A DNA stretch of 64,000 bases, from the NCBI RefSeq assembly GCF_036321535.1, contig NC_087457.1:29450001-29514000 (forward strand), in the 5' to 3' direction. How positions within the stretch are numbered: position 1 is the stretch's first letter; the number at the start of each line of letters is the position of its first letter. The notes under the pieces were generated by a model. It worked only from the letters and a program-made list of their open reading frames with translations. It did no database searches and was not told the origin of the DNA. A program made the position numbers and the translations under genes. Of the stretch, positions 37,828 to 51,350 are shown piece by piece. This DNA is from Camelus dromedarius (Eukaryota).

Positions 37828-38639
37828 TTGAGAAATTTAACATCAGCAAAGATGAATCTTAAATCCAATGGTTCTATATGATAAGTGAAAGGTGCTCTAA
37901 TGGTTGACCCTAGACTTAACCATATTTCAACTCCTGATCGTGAGTTCACTGTAGGAAAATGTACTTTGCATAACAGTTTCTCTTATTAAAAATTAGGTAA
38001 AATCTAGCTCCTTCAATATAAAATACCTTTCAACCCTTTATAAACTGTGTCATGGACCATAAAAACTCATGGTTCTTTTTGGTGTAACAGAATAGAAATA
38101 TATTTATTCATGGCATTTGCTGCCGTCAGTTTACATACATTTTTTTACCCATACCTGGTCAGCCCTCTTTCCATTTTAGTCAAAGATCTGATGATAGATG
38201 TGCTTTGTGGTGAGCCTGATAAATTAGGCATGGATATCAGAAGCAATATCTGTATAGTTCTAGAAATTGCACAACCTAATCGGCTAAACAGCATTTACTA
38301 GATTCATGTTCCTTCAGGGTCAAATCTACCCTCTTCTATGTGCTGCCTGGTGGAATTATCATTCAAGGGAACTGAGTGCCCAAGAAGATAGTTCCACAAT
38401 GGGGTCACCTGACTGAAAACGAATTCAGCTTATTTCTTCCTCTGTTCCAGTTGGTTGGTTTTGTTCAGTTCATTGCTTTCTAAGTCTGCTCAGAGAAAGA
38501 AAGCAAAAACATTTTCTGAATGTAATTAAGGCCATATCATGGTGGCTTTAAATATTTTAAAAATTACCTATTTCAGATCATTTTAAACTTTTTTTTGTTA
38601 TTAATTTAGCCACCCTGATTTTAAAACAACTCTACAAGT

Positions 38640-39070
38640 CATTTCACTAACAGGCTGGATCGTAAATTTGTTTCTAATGTCTTTATGACCCCAGAAAGCA
38701 GAGATGAATTGAGCTGGCTTAATTGGCTGAAACACCGTTGAAATGTAATGTGTGTGATTTAATCAGCCTGTGGCACTAATGGAGGTAAGTGCTCTGTCTA
38801 CTAGGAAACTGTATGTATGGTCTTTCACCGAGTTTCTAAGTACCTGCTTATTGCTATATGAAAGGTGCTTTCTTCGGTAGTTTGCATGTGGCCTTGTATG
38901 GTAGATTAAAGGGGAAACATATTCAGAGCATATATTCAAAAACCAGAACAGTGGCAGCAACAATGGTGAAAGAATTGAATGGCATTTTTTCCTTTGTTGT
39001 AGAATACCTTTCTGGGCCAACTGATTTCCATTTTCTCTTAGCCACCTGTTGGCATCAACCAAATGGAGCC
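38640..39070. promoter_or_regulatory. Candidate conserved non-coding element (homeobox motifs, CTCF-like site)
   Basis: TTAATTGG, TGATTTAATCA and CTAATGG, plus GCCACCTGTTGG at 39041-39052 (rc CCAACAGGTGGC). Non-repeat DNA; motif evidence only. Confidence 0.3.
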
Positions 39071-40829
39071 CACTTTGCCCCAATCTCTTTTCACTTTTTT
39101 AAAAAATCTTTTACTATTCTTTAAATAATAAAATCAGGCTATTCATTGGCCAGTGTAAAAGGGGGAAAGGCAAAAGAAAAAAATTTTTTAAGTATCATCA
39201 GTTGCCTGTTTTATGTGAAGCAAGCTGTTTCCACTGTCAAGAGGTGATACTGCCTGGCAGTCTCTAAATTCAGACCGTCTCCACTGACTCCTCTGCCAGT
39301 TCATGTTCCTCTGACATTTCTTAGCTGTGTCACTTTGGATAAACTACTTATCCTGGGAATATCATTAGACTCTTGATGACTTCATAGCATGATCCAGTCA
39401 TCAACCTGCAGTGCAGCTGCCCTACTGGAGAACTCACATCACCCTCCATGCCATCACGTCCCAGGTATCACTCCTGCTCCAAGTGGTTCATCTCCTCCAA
39501 GGCTGGAACCCAGAGAATAGTATCTTAACTTCTCAAAGGTTCTTTCCTTCCTAAAATCCATTTGGGGAGATTGATCCAAATAAATGATCTCCCTGAGTAA
39601 TTAAAGCTGGACAATAACAGAAACCAAAACATTTTTTTGGTCAGTGTTGTAGATCAGGAAAAATTTATCTCTGGTTAATTGTACATCTTAAACCAGAACA
39701 CTCATTAGTGAATTGTTTTATCCTTCATTTTATGACTATCATAACTATATTCCATAGAAAAATCCCCACACAAACAATGCTTTATCTTTTTCTATCTCCA
39801 AATCTTATTAACTATAAACATATTTTTATGACTGCCTACATCCCTGTAATAAATTATTTCTAAATATGTGTTTCATATCAGCTGTAATAAAATCTAGCAA
39901 AATTACAATTAATTGTCAAAACTGCGGACAACTTTATTGTCATTCAGTATAAACTATTGCTATTTTTAAATGAGAACTATGAAAATACATTTTTTTTTAA
40001 ATTAAGAGGGATGACATATTCTGGCTAAAATAGCAATGGCAAATTCTAGTCAGTTCACCCTGCTTCTGTGCTGAGAAGTCTGCTGAAGTCTGGGTAAAGA
40101 CTCACCAGGCCAGTGAAGGCTAATCTGGCAAATCCTGCTGCAGGCTGGTGGAGAACATAGATTCTCTGGGATTCCTAGCACCCTTCATGCCACATCCCTG
40201 AATACAGATTTTTTTTTTTTTTTTTTGAAATTCTGGCACTTCTTACAACCCAGAATCTCAAACACATTCTCATTCCCCAAGTGGGGGAGAAACTTAAAAC
40301 TGACAAAGTGACAACATTTTAGGTATTCACCTGAGTTACAGAGTTTAAAATGCCAGTTACACACATTCCTTTCCTCTTCTGCTGTATAGTTGCTTTTGTT
40401 TGGAAATGTGTTCTAGCCTAGGATCAGGGAAATTGATAGTTATAAACAAATGCAATTAAATTTGATGGGGTAATATGATGGTGTCTGAAAATAAGAGGTG
40501 GTATAGGAAGTAAATTTGGTAGAGATGGTAGAAAATTGTAGAGAAATTAATTTAAAATGTAGATAAATTTTAGATAAATATGTTTGTGAAAAGGAGAAAA
40601 GATCAGAAAATGCGAATAAACAGCTTAAGGTAATTGAGCTGTTTAGAATAGTTTTTAAATTGTTACTCATGAAGCATGGAATTGGCTTTATTTGGGTTTT
40701 TTCATTGTTCTTTCTATTTCATAGATGACTAGTCACTATTCTGCTTTGTAGTCAATAAGATTTTTACAGTGTTATCATTCTGCTGGTATCTAAAATTTTT
40801 TATGAATGTCATTTTTGAAATATAACCAA

Positions 40830-41036
40830 TAAAATTTATTGAGAATTTATTTTATGCCAGGAAGGTTACTAAGTATTTAAGTCCATTATCTCATTGAAAT
40901 TTTACAACAGCTTCATAACTTAAGTACTAACTATTATAGTTCCCATTTTATAGATAAGAAAATGGAGACTTTGAGAATGTAATTGACTTGGAGATGTCAC
41001 AGAGTCAGTTACAGCAAAAGCAGAACTCAAATACAG
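40830..41036 (-). mobile_element. MIR
   Basis: 'ttatctcattgaaattttacaacagc...cccattttatagataagaaaatggagactttgagaatgtaattgacttg'. Confidence 0.75.
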
Positions 41037-42899
41037 TAATGCGTTTTTTTTTTCAATGTCCATACATTTGATTACCATGTAAACAATATATCGCCATATT
41101 CTCAGTAAAAGAGTGACTTGATTTTTGTTTTATCCAGGCAATAATATTATGTAAACAGTCAAGAATAGAGTATTTGTATGCTTCTGAATAGATTTCATAT
41201 TTTATTTTTATTATTCACTTTAGTGACTCCATGTGTAGACATGGCATGCGGTACTACATATACTGAGTTGTTATTCATGGAAAAATGATAGCTTAATCCA
41301 ATCAGCAAATATTTGCAGGGTTGAATTGGATCTTTCGTTTAATTAAGAAAATACAGAAATACCATTAACATCCTATATTAAACGTTAATTTGATATTTTT
41401 AATGTCAAAATAATATTTTTTAATGATGAAGCAGCATGTAGAAATATATATATTTGTGCAAGTAAAATATTACCAAGGAACATAACAACAGTTTACCAAG
41501 AAGATTAATTGGAGAAACAACTTTTTTCTTCTCTTGGCTAATCTTTCTTTTCTAATAAATTTAAATTCTTTTCCAGAAATAATTGATATTTGATGCTATT
41601 TTATCAATAGTAGAGAAATTGAACACCTGTATTTCCATACATAAATGTAGATTTTATTCTTATCTATTGAAATTAAGAATATTACCTTCATAATGGTTCC
41701 AAAAGAAACTACAATAAAGACTAAAATCTATTTTACATTATTTCAGTTCTACTCACTGGAACAAACATTAATAAAGACATACAATATTATAAGTGCTGCA
41801 AAGTTCTGGAAAACTTCATGATCACTAGTCAAATTGGGAAAATTTTACTGTTTCCTTCTTTAAAATTTTATGTTACTGGATTTGTAAATTGAACAAACAA
41901 TGATGTGCCTAAATGTCAGTCCCATCTTAGATTTTAATTTGCGGTGTAGCTTTTGACAAATAATTTAACCTCAGTTTCTTGGTCTCATCGTATGACCTCT
42001 AAGGTCATTTCTAATTTAAAAAAAAAAAGTGGCGACACTGTAAAATAATTGGTGAGAAGATACATTTCATGGACTTATAAATGTAAATGCTATTCAGTTA
42101 TTTTTAATGCAAATATTAAAACCAGTGCAGTAAGATCACACACCACATTTTGTAAAAGTATCTAAAAAAACTTGAAAACTTCAGAAGTAAATGCCAAGCT
42201 TAATTACTACATCATTTTTCTATAAAGAAAATGCTTCATTTTGTTAGCTCAGTTCAAATTTAGTGTAATTAGATAATTATGCTTCTTTCAAAGTATTTCC
42301 CATTGCTTTTTATATGAAACAACTGACAAAAATAGTGATCTTAGCACATACTTGATTCCTTTCCTAATTAAGCTTCTTTTTATTTGATGCAATGTACATT
42401 TTAAGTACAGTCAACAGGAAGCGTTAACTATCTTGTGTTCATTGAATTATGTACTAATTTATTAAAATTGAGACAAAATGAAGTTAATATTTTAAAAATA
42501 AGCATATCTTTCCTTCCCCACTTCAAATTACATGTAAACAGAATTAAAAGTAAAGTGCTTAGAACATTTAAATTAGTTTTATGGACATTTTTAAAGAAAT
42601 ACGCTTACTTTTTCAGAAAGAACAATAAACTTCTCTCAAGAAAATAACCAGGGTAGCAAAATATCATTTGCCAAAATAAATGATTCAGAAGATTACAGGA
42701 GAAGGATGTATGCTTGAATATAGCTGGTTTTCAGGATGTGTTTTCTCCCCTATTCCCAATAGTTAATTTTTAGCATATGCACACTTTACTATTTTTCATT
42801 GACAGTGACATATTTAGAATTAAAAAGAGACATGTTCTTTGTTTTACTATTAAAGCAAGTAAATTCCCTCCCACCCCGCCATCCCCATGCTTTTGGGAA

Positions 42900-43950
42900 A
42901 TAAGTAATAGGCATTTTGCTTATTTTTTCTATTCCTAAAAATCTAATTCAGGGTTATAAGAAAGGTATGATAATACTCAGTGTAAAAATAAAATTCACTG
43001 CAGTGATACAGTTCAGACTTTAATACTTTGTGTTTAATTATCTATTCTGCTCTTATTGAATGATTATTATATAAGCATTTTCACATTTTCACATTTTCTT
43101 GAAGTTTTTATACACAGAACTTTAAGAACTACATAACCTCTCAAAAGATATAACAAAAATGTTCAGTCATCCAGCTCTTTTGGACTTTTGTATTGTTTTC
43201 AGGTGTTTAACATTATATTTGCAGCAACAATGAACATCATTTTGCATAGTTTTTTTTTTAATGTGATGATTCTTTAAAGAATCATTTTCAGAAACAGAAT
43301 TACAAGGTCACAAGGGATAAATTTTTAAAAACAAGTTGTATACAACTGTCAAGTTTGCTTTTCTAGAGAGTCCTTGCTGGTCTACGAGGGAGTCTACCTA
43401 ACAATACTGTGAGCATTTTAAAGATCATACCTATTTAGACAGGTCAAATGTGAAATCTCACTGTTTACTCATTAACCCAAACTTATTCAGATTAAATACT
43501 CGGTATTTAACATTTATTTAGATTTCATATTCTGAATTGTTATTTTAGATTGTACTTAGGTTTCTGTGGAGTTCCCAGTGTTGATCTTATCTTCTGTTTG
43601 TGCCCCTAAGGAAATTAATTCTTTGTAATTTTTGTTAGAAATATTTCCTCATAATTTTCTTTAATTTTATTACATATAAATGTAGACTTTTGAATGTTTA
43701 TGTAGTAAAATCAGTCAGTCTTTTTTTCTTTCTGTTACTGATTATGTACTTAGTAAGTTATTATCAATCCAGCAGTCAAATACTCATTTATATTTCCTTC
43801 AGTTTGAATACTCTATCTAGAATTAATGTAATTTTTGGTATATATTCAAAATCTAAAATCATATTTTCCCTCAAATACCTAAAAGGCTGTTTATGTCAAA
43901 GTCATTCCAATTTAATGAGAATATTCTAAAGATCACAACAGCTAGTAAAA
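42900..43950 (-). mobile_element. Degraded L1ME-like fragment
   Basis: 'ttatatttgcagcaacaatgaacatcattttgcatag...cagaaacagaattacaaggtcacaaggg...gtcaagtttgcttttctagagag'. Confidence 0.5.
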
Positions 43951-44020
43951 TAGTTCCCTGATATAAAAACTTACAAATACTTAACCCTTGTCATGTTGCA
44001 TGTCAAATCAATAGTATAAA

Positions 44021-46250
44021 TGTGTCAGGCAGGAGAGTCCAGTTCATGCTTTAGAAACAAAGTCCTTCTAAACTGTAGTGGCTTCAAACAACATAAGCTT
44101 ATTTCTCATTCACACTTCATATACATCTCAGATTCTCTGAGAGGTGTTCTTCTATGGTGTCCGAATTCTGGAACCTCCAAAGAAGAGCAGCCACCATCTG
44201 GACCATTGCAGAAGAAAGGGGAAGGAGTGCGGAGGGCTAATAAAACTTCCACTTAAAAGAGGCACCTGCCAATTCTTTTTATGTTAATTCACCAAACGGA
44301 CCCACTTAACTTTAAGGTGTTGAAGAAGGGCAAGACCCATCTGTGCCCAAGAGAATGGGAACATGAGGTGTTGACTAGACAGTCTGACTTCCTTGTCCCG
44401 AGATAGTCCATGTATTTTCTTTCCTCCATGCCAAATCTGTTTGCTCCCTCTCCAGGACAAATAATCCCCAAAGTCCATTCAGTCACTGGGTCCACCTCAA
44501 GGGGCAAGAACTTGAGTAATAACTAGTATTTTCAGCATTCACTCAGCAGGGGGCTCCTTCTGGCTAGAAATGTATAAACTAACAAAGAAAAATTAGATAC
44601 CCTACACATGCAATATAAAATGATGGGACTGGGGCAGGTGCAACACAACAGACACCCCCACTGGGAAAGATGTGGTCTGGGAGATCACAGGGGTTCTGGT
44701 GTCCTGTTGGGCACTGGTGGGATGGTCCCTGACCTTAGTGGTGGATAATATTTCTTAATTCGGCCACAAATATTTTATGTGAATGAGACTCTTCAATTCA
44801 TATGACCCCTGGTCCCTGACTCTTCATCTACTAAGAGATGTTTCATTTTCCACTATTTTCCTTATCTGCAGGCTGTGAGAAATAGAAAATATTTTTTCCT
44901 GGAGGCAATCGGTTTTCTCAGACTGCTTCCTTACCCTTAAGGTTTGGAGGTTCAATGTCTTAGACGTNNNNNNNNNNNNNNNNNNNNNNNNNNNNNNNNN
45001 NNNNNNNNNNNNNNNNNNNNNNNNNNNNNNNNNNNNNNNNNNNNNNNNNNNNNNNNNNNNNNNNNNNNNNNNNNNNNNNNNNNNNNNNNNNNNNNNNNNN
45101 NNNNNNNNNNNNNNNNNNNNNNNNNNNNNNNNAAACTTACTTGGCTTCTTAGCTATTTTATTTTGTTGATCTCCAAGAGCTAAAAGCCACATCTAAAGCT
45201 ATTTCTAGACATCTCTTAGATTTGCTACATGTATTACTTTCATGACCCTATTCCTTTTATCACAATTTAATTGTAGTTACCTTGACTTTATGAGACTTAG
45301 ATTTAAGAGTCTGATATTGAGTCTTTCTCCAAGCTACTTCTTAAATTCAGTGGATTTAGTGGGTGTCACAACCATAAATGTCTCTGCTTTAAGGCATCTT
45401 AATTTATTTAGGTATTTTAACATTGGGTCTGATGACCACAGCACTGATTTGATATTTGCCACAAGGCTGAGTTGCAACTGGCCTCGACTCTCAAGTTAAC
45501 TTTTCATTTTAGCATTATCATTTGGGATTGAGCAACACTGCCCTTTCTAACCCTGTGAGTCCCCAGATTTCTGCACTTTATTCTCTTTTATTCCCGCTAT
45601 TAAACCAGACTCTTCTTTCTTAGATTGCCTCTATTTATATATACCACATTTTCCAAATACAGCCTTCAATGAACACACAGAGTTCACACTCTACTTTGCA
45701 GTTTCTTCCCCTAAAGCTACCAATTCTATAGGTGTACAATCTGTTCCCCAAGTTAAGGGAGTCAACAGTCTACCAAATCCTTTGCTAATGTGTAATGTGG
45801 ACCACCAGCATTCCATCCTGCAATATCTGTTTCTGTCCTGCTTTCTAGTGAACCATTAAGACAGTGCCACATGTATTATGCTTTGTTATGAATGCAACCA
45901 TCAGCGGTACCTTGTCAAGATAGTCCAACTGTAGGAACAAACAATAATGACTTGTTTCTCACTTATGCTTTATGCACCTCTTGGGTTGGCTGCAGTCTCC
46001 ATTCTACTCCATGCCTCCCTGCAGGGCCCAGAATAATGGAGGAATCACATCTTGACCACTACCAGGCATGAAGGCAATAAGGAGACTCTGGAAATGCTCT
46101 CTCTGGATGTTCAAATGCCTGTCTAGAGGTGGGACACATCACTTCTGCTTGTGGTTCATTGACCAAAGCAAGTCATATAGTCACATTAATCTTCAAAGTG
46201 ATGGAAAAGGGAAATTCTACCATGTGTTCAGAGAAGCCGAATGACTACCA
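44021..46250 (-). mobile_element. Near full-length MaLR provirus (MLT1K-like 5' LTR, internal region and 3' LTR)
   Basis: Two same-orientation MLT1K-like LTRs at about 44021-44390 and 45913-46250. The sequence between them is MLT-int-like, and its minus-strand start 'aggtaccgctgatggttgcattcataacaaagcataatacatgtgg' resembles the MaLR internal 5' end. Confidence 0.75.
44968..45132. other. Assembly gap (165 N)
   Basis: Run of N. Confidence 0.99.
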
Positions 46251-47659
46251 AAGTAGCCATTTCGATAATTACTGGCTTTAAATCTATTTTTACAACGTTG
46301 TATCGCCTATTCTTACTATCATCTACTAATATTCACAGCTAAGAAATTATCTATAATTTATGAAGAATTACAATAAAATTGTGGATGATATTTACTAATT
46401 TTATCCTTCAAATTAAGATAAAACATTTAGGGTATATTTGAAAGAGTCTTTATGAACATGAGTGCTGATAACTATTCAAATGTAGGTAGAATCCATTAAT
46501 TTAGAAAACTTTTTAGTTGTACAGATTTTTCACCTATGTTGCAATACTGACTATTACTATTGAAGGAATGTTACCAAAAGAAGACAATGCTACACAGAAT
46601 TAGAAATTAATACCTTAACTAGTGTTTAGCCCTCAAATTTAATTTATAGCATATTTATCAGAACTTTTGTTGATTTTAGAGGTATTGTGCTCTTTGCTGT
46701 TCTGCAACGGAGGTGCCTGGAAAGTTCTCATGGTATAAACCAAGTAATTATGCTCTCGCAGTTTATAACAGTCCCCCTCTATGTGCAGTTATGTCCTGCA
46801 CCCAGCTGTGTCACTCCTTGAGAAAGACAGAATGACACAATTAGGGTTTTAGCAAATTCTTAAACTCAAGTGACTCTCTCTAGGTGATGGATTACAATAG
46901 TTTAGGCACAGCTCCTGTTTTGTTAGTTTACATGGGAAAAACATCCAATGATATCATTTGACATATTCTCTTAAAGAGGGCCCGGGGGATCTTTTGTAAT
47001 CCTGTCTTAAAGTCCCACACCTCTAGTCAGTAAAACATTTTATTACTTATCCTGATGCATGGGTGCACTGAGCCTCTGTGCCCCACATTATTTAGTATTA
47101 TTTCCATATATTCATAGGCACATAGTTTAATGGGCATTATGATATATGGTTAAGTAGTGTAGGTGACATCTGATAGTAATCTTTGAGTCAATAAAGGGAA
47201 CAGCATTTTAAGAAACAAATGAGCAAACCCTAGCTGTAGGAGCAAGAAAGAGAACATTATAAAAGATTTAAAAGCAAGATGCACGTTTTCTGCTCCAGAA
47301 GCCATTCACTACAGCAATAAAATCTGTTCTCAACCCTATTGTAAAGATTTGACTATAATGTAGCAAATTTGTTTAGGTAGATGGCATAATATTACCATTT
47401 AAGAATGATTTCCCAAGGTTATATTTCTTGAATATTATAAAAATAAATTGAAAAATGAGTACTGGTAATGCAGAATAAAAATATCTCTGGTATACTGTTG
47501 TTCTTCACAGAGAACATTCTCCTGATCAAACCAAGGATTCAGATGCTAATAAACTTCATTAAATCCCTACTCATATTGTCTTTTATTGTGAATGACATAT
47601 TCCAACTTTTAATTTTTCATTTTACCAGAACTTATCCAAAATGATTACTTTGAACAGTG

Positions 47660-48040
47660 ACCTACTGAAATAAATCAAAATAAGACTATGTTGGGTGATC
47701 GTAGCATTTTACATATTGATAACAAAGATGTATGCATTTGTCAAAACTAGGCAAACACACACTTAAGATTTATAAATTTCACTGTACAAAAATGTTTCAT
47801 TAAAGAAACAATTCTAAACAATACTGAATTCTAGTTGGTGTCATGAATACTGAAGTACTTGGTAAAAGTGTATAGATATCTGCAATGTAATTTTATTACA
47901 TCAAAAATAAGACTGATATGTGCTAAATCTGCTAATGTGTACCATATATGGTAATAGTAAATTCTGCCAGTACTATGCAGGTGTACACTGTAAAATTCTT
48001 TCAACATTTCTCTACAATTAGAAATTAATGTTTTAAAAAT
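47660..48040 (+). mobile_element. L1ME/MD-like 3' UTR fragment
   Basis: 'gtatgcatttgtcaaaactaggcaaac...cacttaagatttataaatttcactgta' and 'caggtgtacactgtaaaattctttcaacatttctct'. Confidence 0.65.
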
Positions 48041-48899
48041 CAAAATCAGACACAGAAGAGAGGCATTTGTTATGTTAAACTCTAATAACAATCAAGGGGA
48101 GTTTTAAAGAAAATTATTTAACACAAATTACACCTCAGAGGGCTCCAGTGAGGATCAGGTTATTGCACTGCATCTGTCAACCAAACCATTAAGTGGCCCA
48201 CAGCAAGTAAGGATTCAACAAATCCTGCCATCATCATCACCACTATACTGACTTATGCATATGACTCTGCCATTCCATCAACTGCTTTGGGTGAGGATTT
48301 AAGGTCTCTGAAAAACATTTTTTAAAAACAACTTGGAAAAATGACCACTGGTCTTATTCCTCAGTTATTACCAGGAGGTGATACAGTTGCCCTATCCATG
48401 TTATCAGTATCCAGGGAAGTCAACTCTTGAAGTGAGGAAGTAGGCAAACCTAGGGCTGCTTGTTATCATCCCATTAGTAACTGGTTTCATGAAGAAGTTT
48501 AAAAGAAAACAAGGGGTTATGACTTACACGGGGCAGGGGATTTAGGGAAGAGATCAAAAAGCCTATCACAAAAGACAGACAATAAATTAATATGAAGCAA
48601 GTCTATTAAGAAATGGACCGTCGTAGAGATGCATGCCCTCTTTAATCGGGGCTTTTGCTATCTGGCACTAGGTGATTGTGCCTGTGTGTGAATGTGGATC
48701 AAGTTACATTAGATATAATATTTGTTATTCATCTTTCATTAAAACTGTAAACCAAAATACATACGAAGTAGAAATCTATAGTGAACACCTCCCATGTTAA
48801 GAAATCTAATATTGCCAGCTCCCCACCAGGAGCCACAGGTACCTTTCCTGTTATTACTTGATTATCTTGCTGATCGTTTTCTGTTTATCCCACATGGCC

Positions 48900-50560
48900 T
48901 TTATTCCTTTATGACTCTTTTTCTATCTCATTACATATTAATCATATTTTTTATTATTTCAGTTGCTTATACTGGCTTTTGCTATCACTTTTAATATTGC
49001 TTTATTGGTAGTTTACAATAGGAATTACAAAATATATGTTTAACTTATTTCAATCTGTATGAAACTAATACTTTACATCTCAAACACAGCACAAAATGGT
49101 ATAATATTTAATTGCCTTTAGCATCCCTCTGCCTTTCTTCACCCTTGTCATACATTTTATTTCTAAATAATTTATAAACCAAAATATTTTTCTTATTATA
49201 TTTATTATTATTGCTTTAAGTAGTAAATACTCTTGTAAATTTACTCATATATTTACAATCTCTAATGATGTTCATCTGTGTTTTACTTCCAAGCTTCCAA
49301 AAGACTCATCTTTACTATCTGTCATACTTTGGGCCTGTTGCTAATGAAGTCAAAGTTTTTGCTTCTGATAACATCTTTACTCTGCTTCAATTTTCACAGA
49401 TATTTTCACAGGGTATAGAATTTTATATTGACTGTTTTCCCCTCCTTTCATCACTTTAAAGTTTCCATTTTATTATCTTTGGTTTTTGCAATTTCTATTA
49501 AGAAGTCATCTGACATTCTTGCTATTGGTCTCGCTACATTTTTAGTTTTATTAATTTTCTACAATATGTCTGAGTGAATGAAGTTTTACTTATATTTATT
49601 CTGGTTGGGGTTGATGAGTTTCTTCAATTAGCTGGGCAAATATCTTTCACTAGGTTTTGAGACTTTTCTTCAAGTATTGTTTTTGTCTCATTATCACTCT
49701 CCTCTCTTCCTAAGATTTCCCTTACATCAGATTAGATATTTTGATCCTCTACAACACGTATAGTTTTTTTTTAAATAGTATTTTAGTGTTTTTCTCTCTG
49801 TGCTTTAGTCCAGATTATTTTCTTAATTGAACTGCCTTCAAGCTTTCTAAACCTATCTTTGGCTGGGCAGGCACATATGCTGTAAAACTAATGGGTTCCT
49901 CATTTCAGGTAGGATTTTGTACTTCTCAAAGATTCAGTGGGCTGGATGATAAGGATTCTAATACTCTGTTGCTAATACTTATTTTTACCCATATTGTCTA
50001 TCTTTTCTTCTAATTTACTTACATATTAATTATAGTTCAAAAAATCTGCCTGCTTAATATCTGGCTCCTCCATTAAATCTGTTATTTACTGCCTTTCCTT
50101 CAGATTACTGATCAATTTTTCCTATTGCTTTGCTTGTCTACTTTTTTTTTTTTAATTTAGACTACATATTATGAGTTATACTCAATAGATTCTCTGAAGT
50201 TTAATTTTCTTTAAATAATGTCATGCTCTGTTTTGGCAGCCAATCAAATTGCTAGTAGATTTCCTAGCTCCTCGTAAACTTTGGGTATAGGTTTTGTTAG
50301 GGTTTGTCTATATCCAATACTAACCTTACTGCTAGAGAAGAGAACTTACTCTAAGTGCATGTCACCACCCCTATTATGTAGCCTTTTATTTGAACTTCTG
50401 AGATTTTCTTGAAGGTCTTTCTACTCTCTCTGGGCCAGAATCCCACTATTTCTCCAACAATGAAAATTTTGAAATATTTGCTCAGCTTTTAGCCTCCCCG
50501 GAGCTATTCTTTGATAGATTTTCTGGAACCTCACTCTGCACACAATACAATTTAGAATTT
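48900..50560 (-). mobile_element. Old L1 (L1M) ORF1/5' region, degraded
   Basis: 'acatctttactctgcttcaattttcacagatattttcacagggtatagaatt' is the reverse of the L1 ORF1 'RILYPAK' region. Confidence 0.65.
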
Positions 50561-50689
50561 AGTCAAGACTGATGGGGAATCCTAAGGCAAATACTTGAAG
50601 AGATATTTTGAATAGAAAAATTTTAGTACAAGAATATCAATGGGGACAGGGTGAAGACCTTTGCATAATCTGTTAACATCATCCAGTAC

Positions 50690-51350
50690 TGACCATCACA
50701 GAAAAGGCACTAGATAAGGAGCTTGTTGAGGATATATGAAAAAACTTGAGTGTAAGTTTTATTGATCAACTAGAAAAAGGGACAGGAACAAGATCATGAT
50801 GGACCTTGTAGGCTGTTAAAAAGTTTTCATTGTATCCTCTAGATGAAAAGGAGCTACTTTTCTCTTTAAATGAGTGGTGAAGTAAACAGCTAATATTTTA
50901 GAAAGCAATTCAGAGCTTCTGTGAAGAGGACCAGCTCAGGATGTTCAGACTGAAAGTGAGAAAACTTTCAAGGAGGTTGGTGCAATAATCCAGGAGAGGG
51001 ATAGCATGGGCAAGTGATATAAGGACAGAATTTGAGGGATGCTGGAGAAATAGAGTAGAGATCTGATAAATAATTAGGTATAAATAGGGTAGAGAAAGGA
51101 AATATCTAAAGTGACGTTTGAATGGCCACTTTGGATGATTAGGCAGAATCTGTACAAGTAAGACTGAAATATTGTAGGATGAACTAATTCTAGTGAAGAG
51201 GATTTTAGTTTAGTTTGACACCTTAAGTATGAGGTACATAATTTGATTCTAGGTGTAACATGTTTTAGTACATATTCCAATATATGGAATATAGGTTAAG
51301 AAAACCACACAAAAAACCCCCCAGTTTTGCAAATCATAGTAGAGATCATG
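50690..51350 (-). mobile_element. L2 fragment
   Basis: 'ggaccttgtaggctgttaaaagttttcattgtatcctc...ggaggttggtgcaataatccaggagagg' is reverse L2. Confidence 0.6.

Noticed and set aside
40090-40210. Minus-strand exon candidate with a CTG|GTGAGT donor
   Set aside because: The acceptor is weak and there are stops in all three frames.
48140-48480. Possible ERVL pol (RNase H 'WFTDGS') relic
   Set aside because: Only a WLTD-like tetrapeptide matches, which is insufficient.
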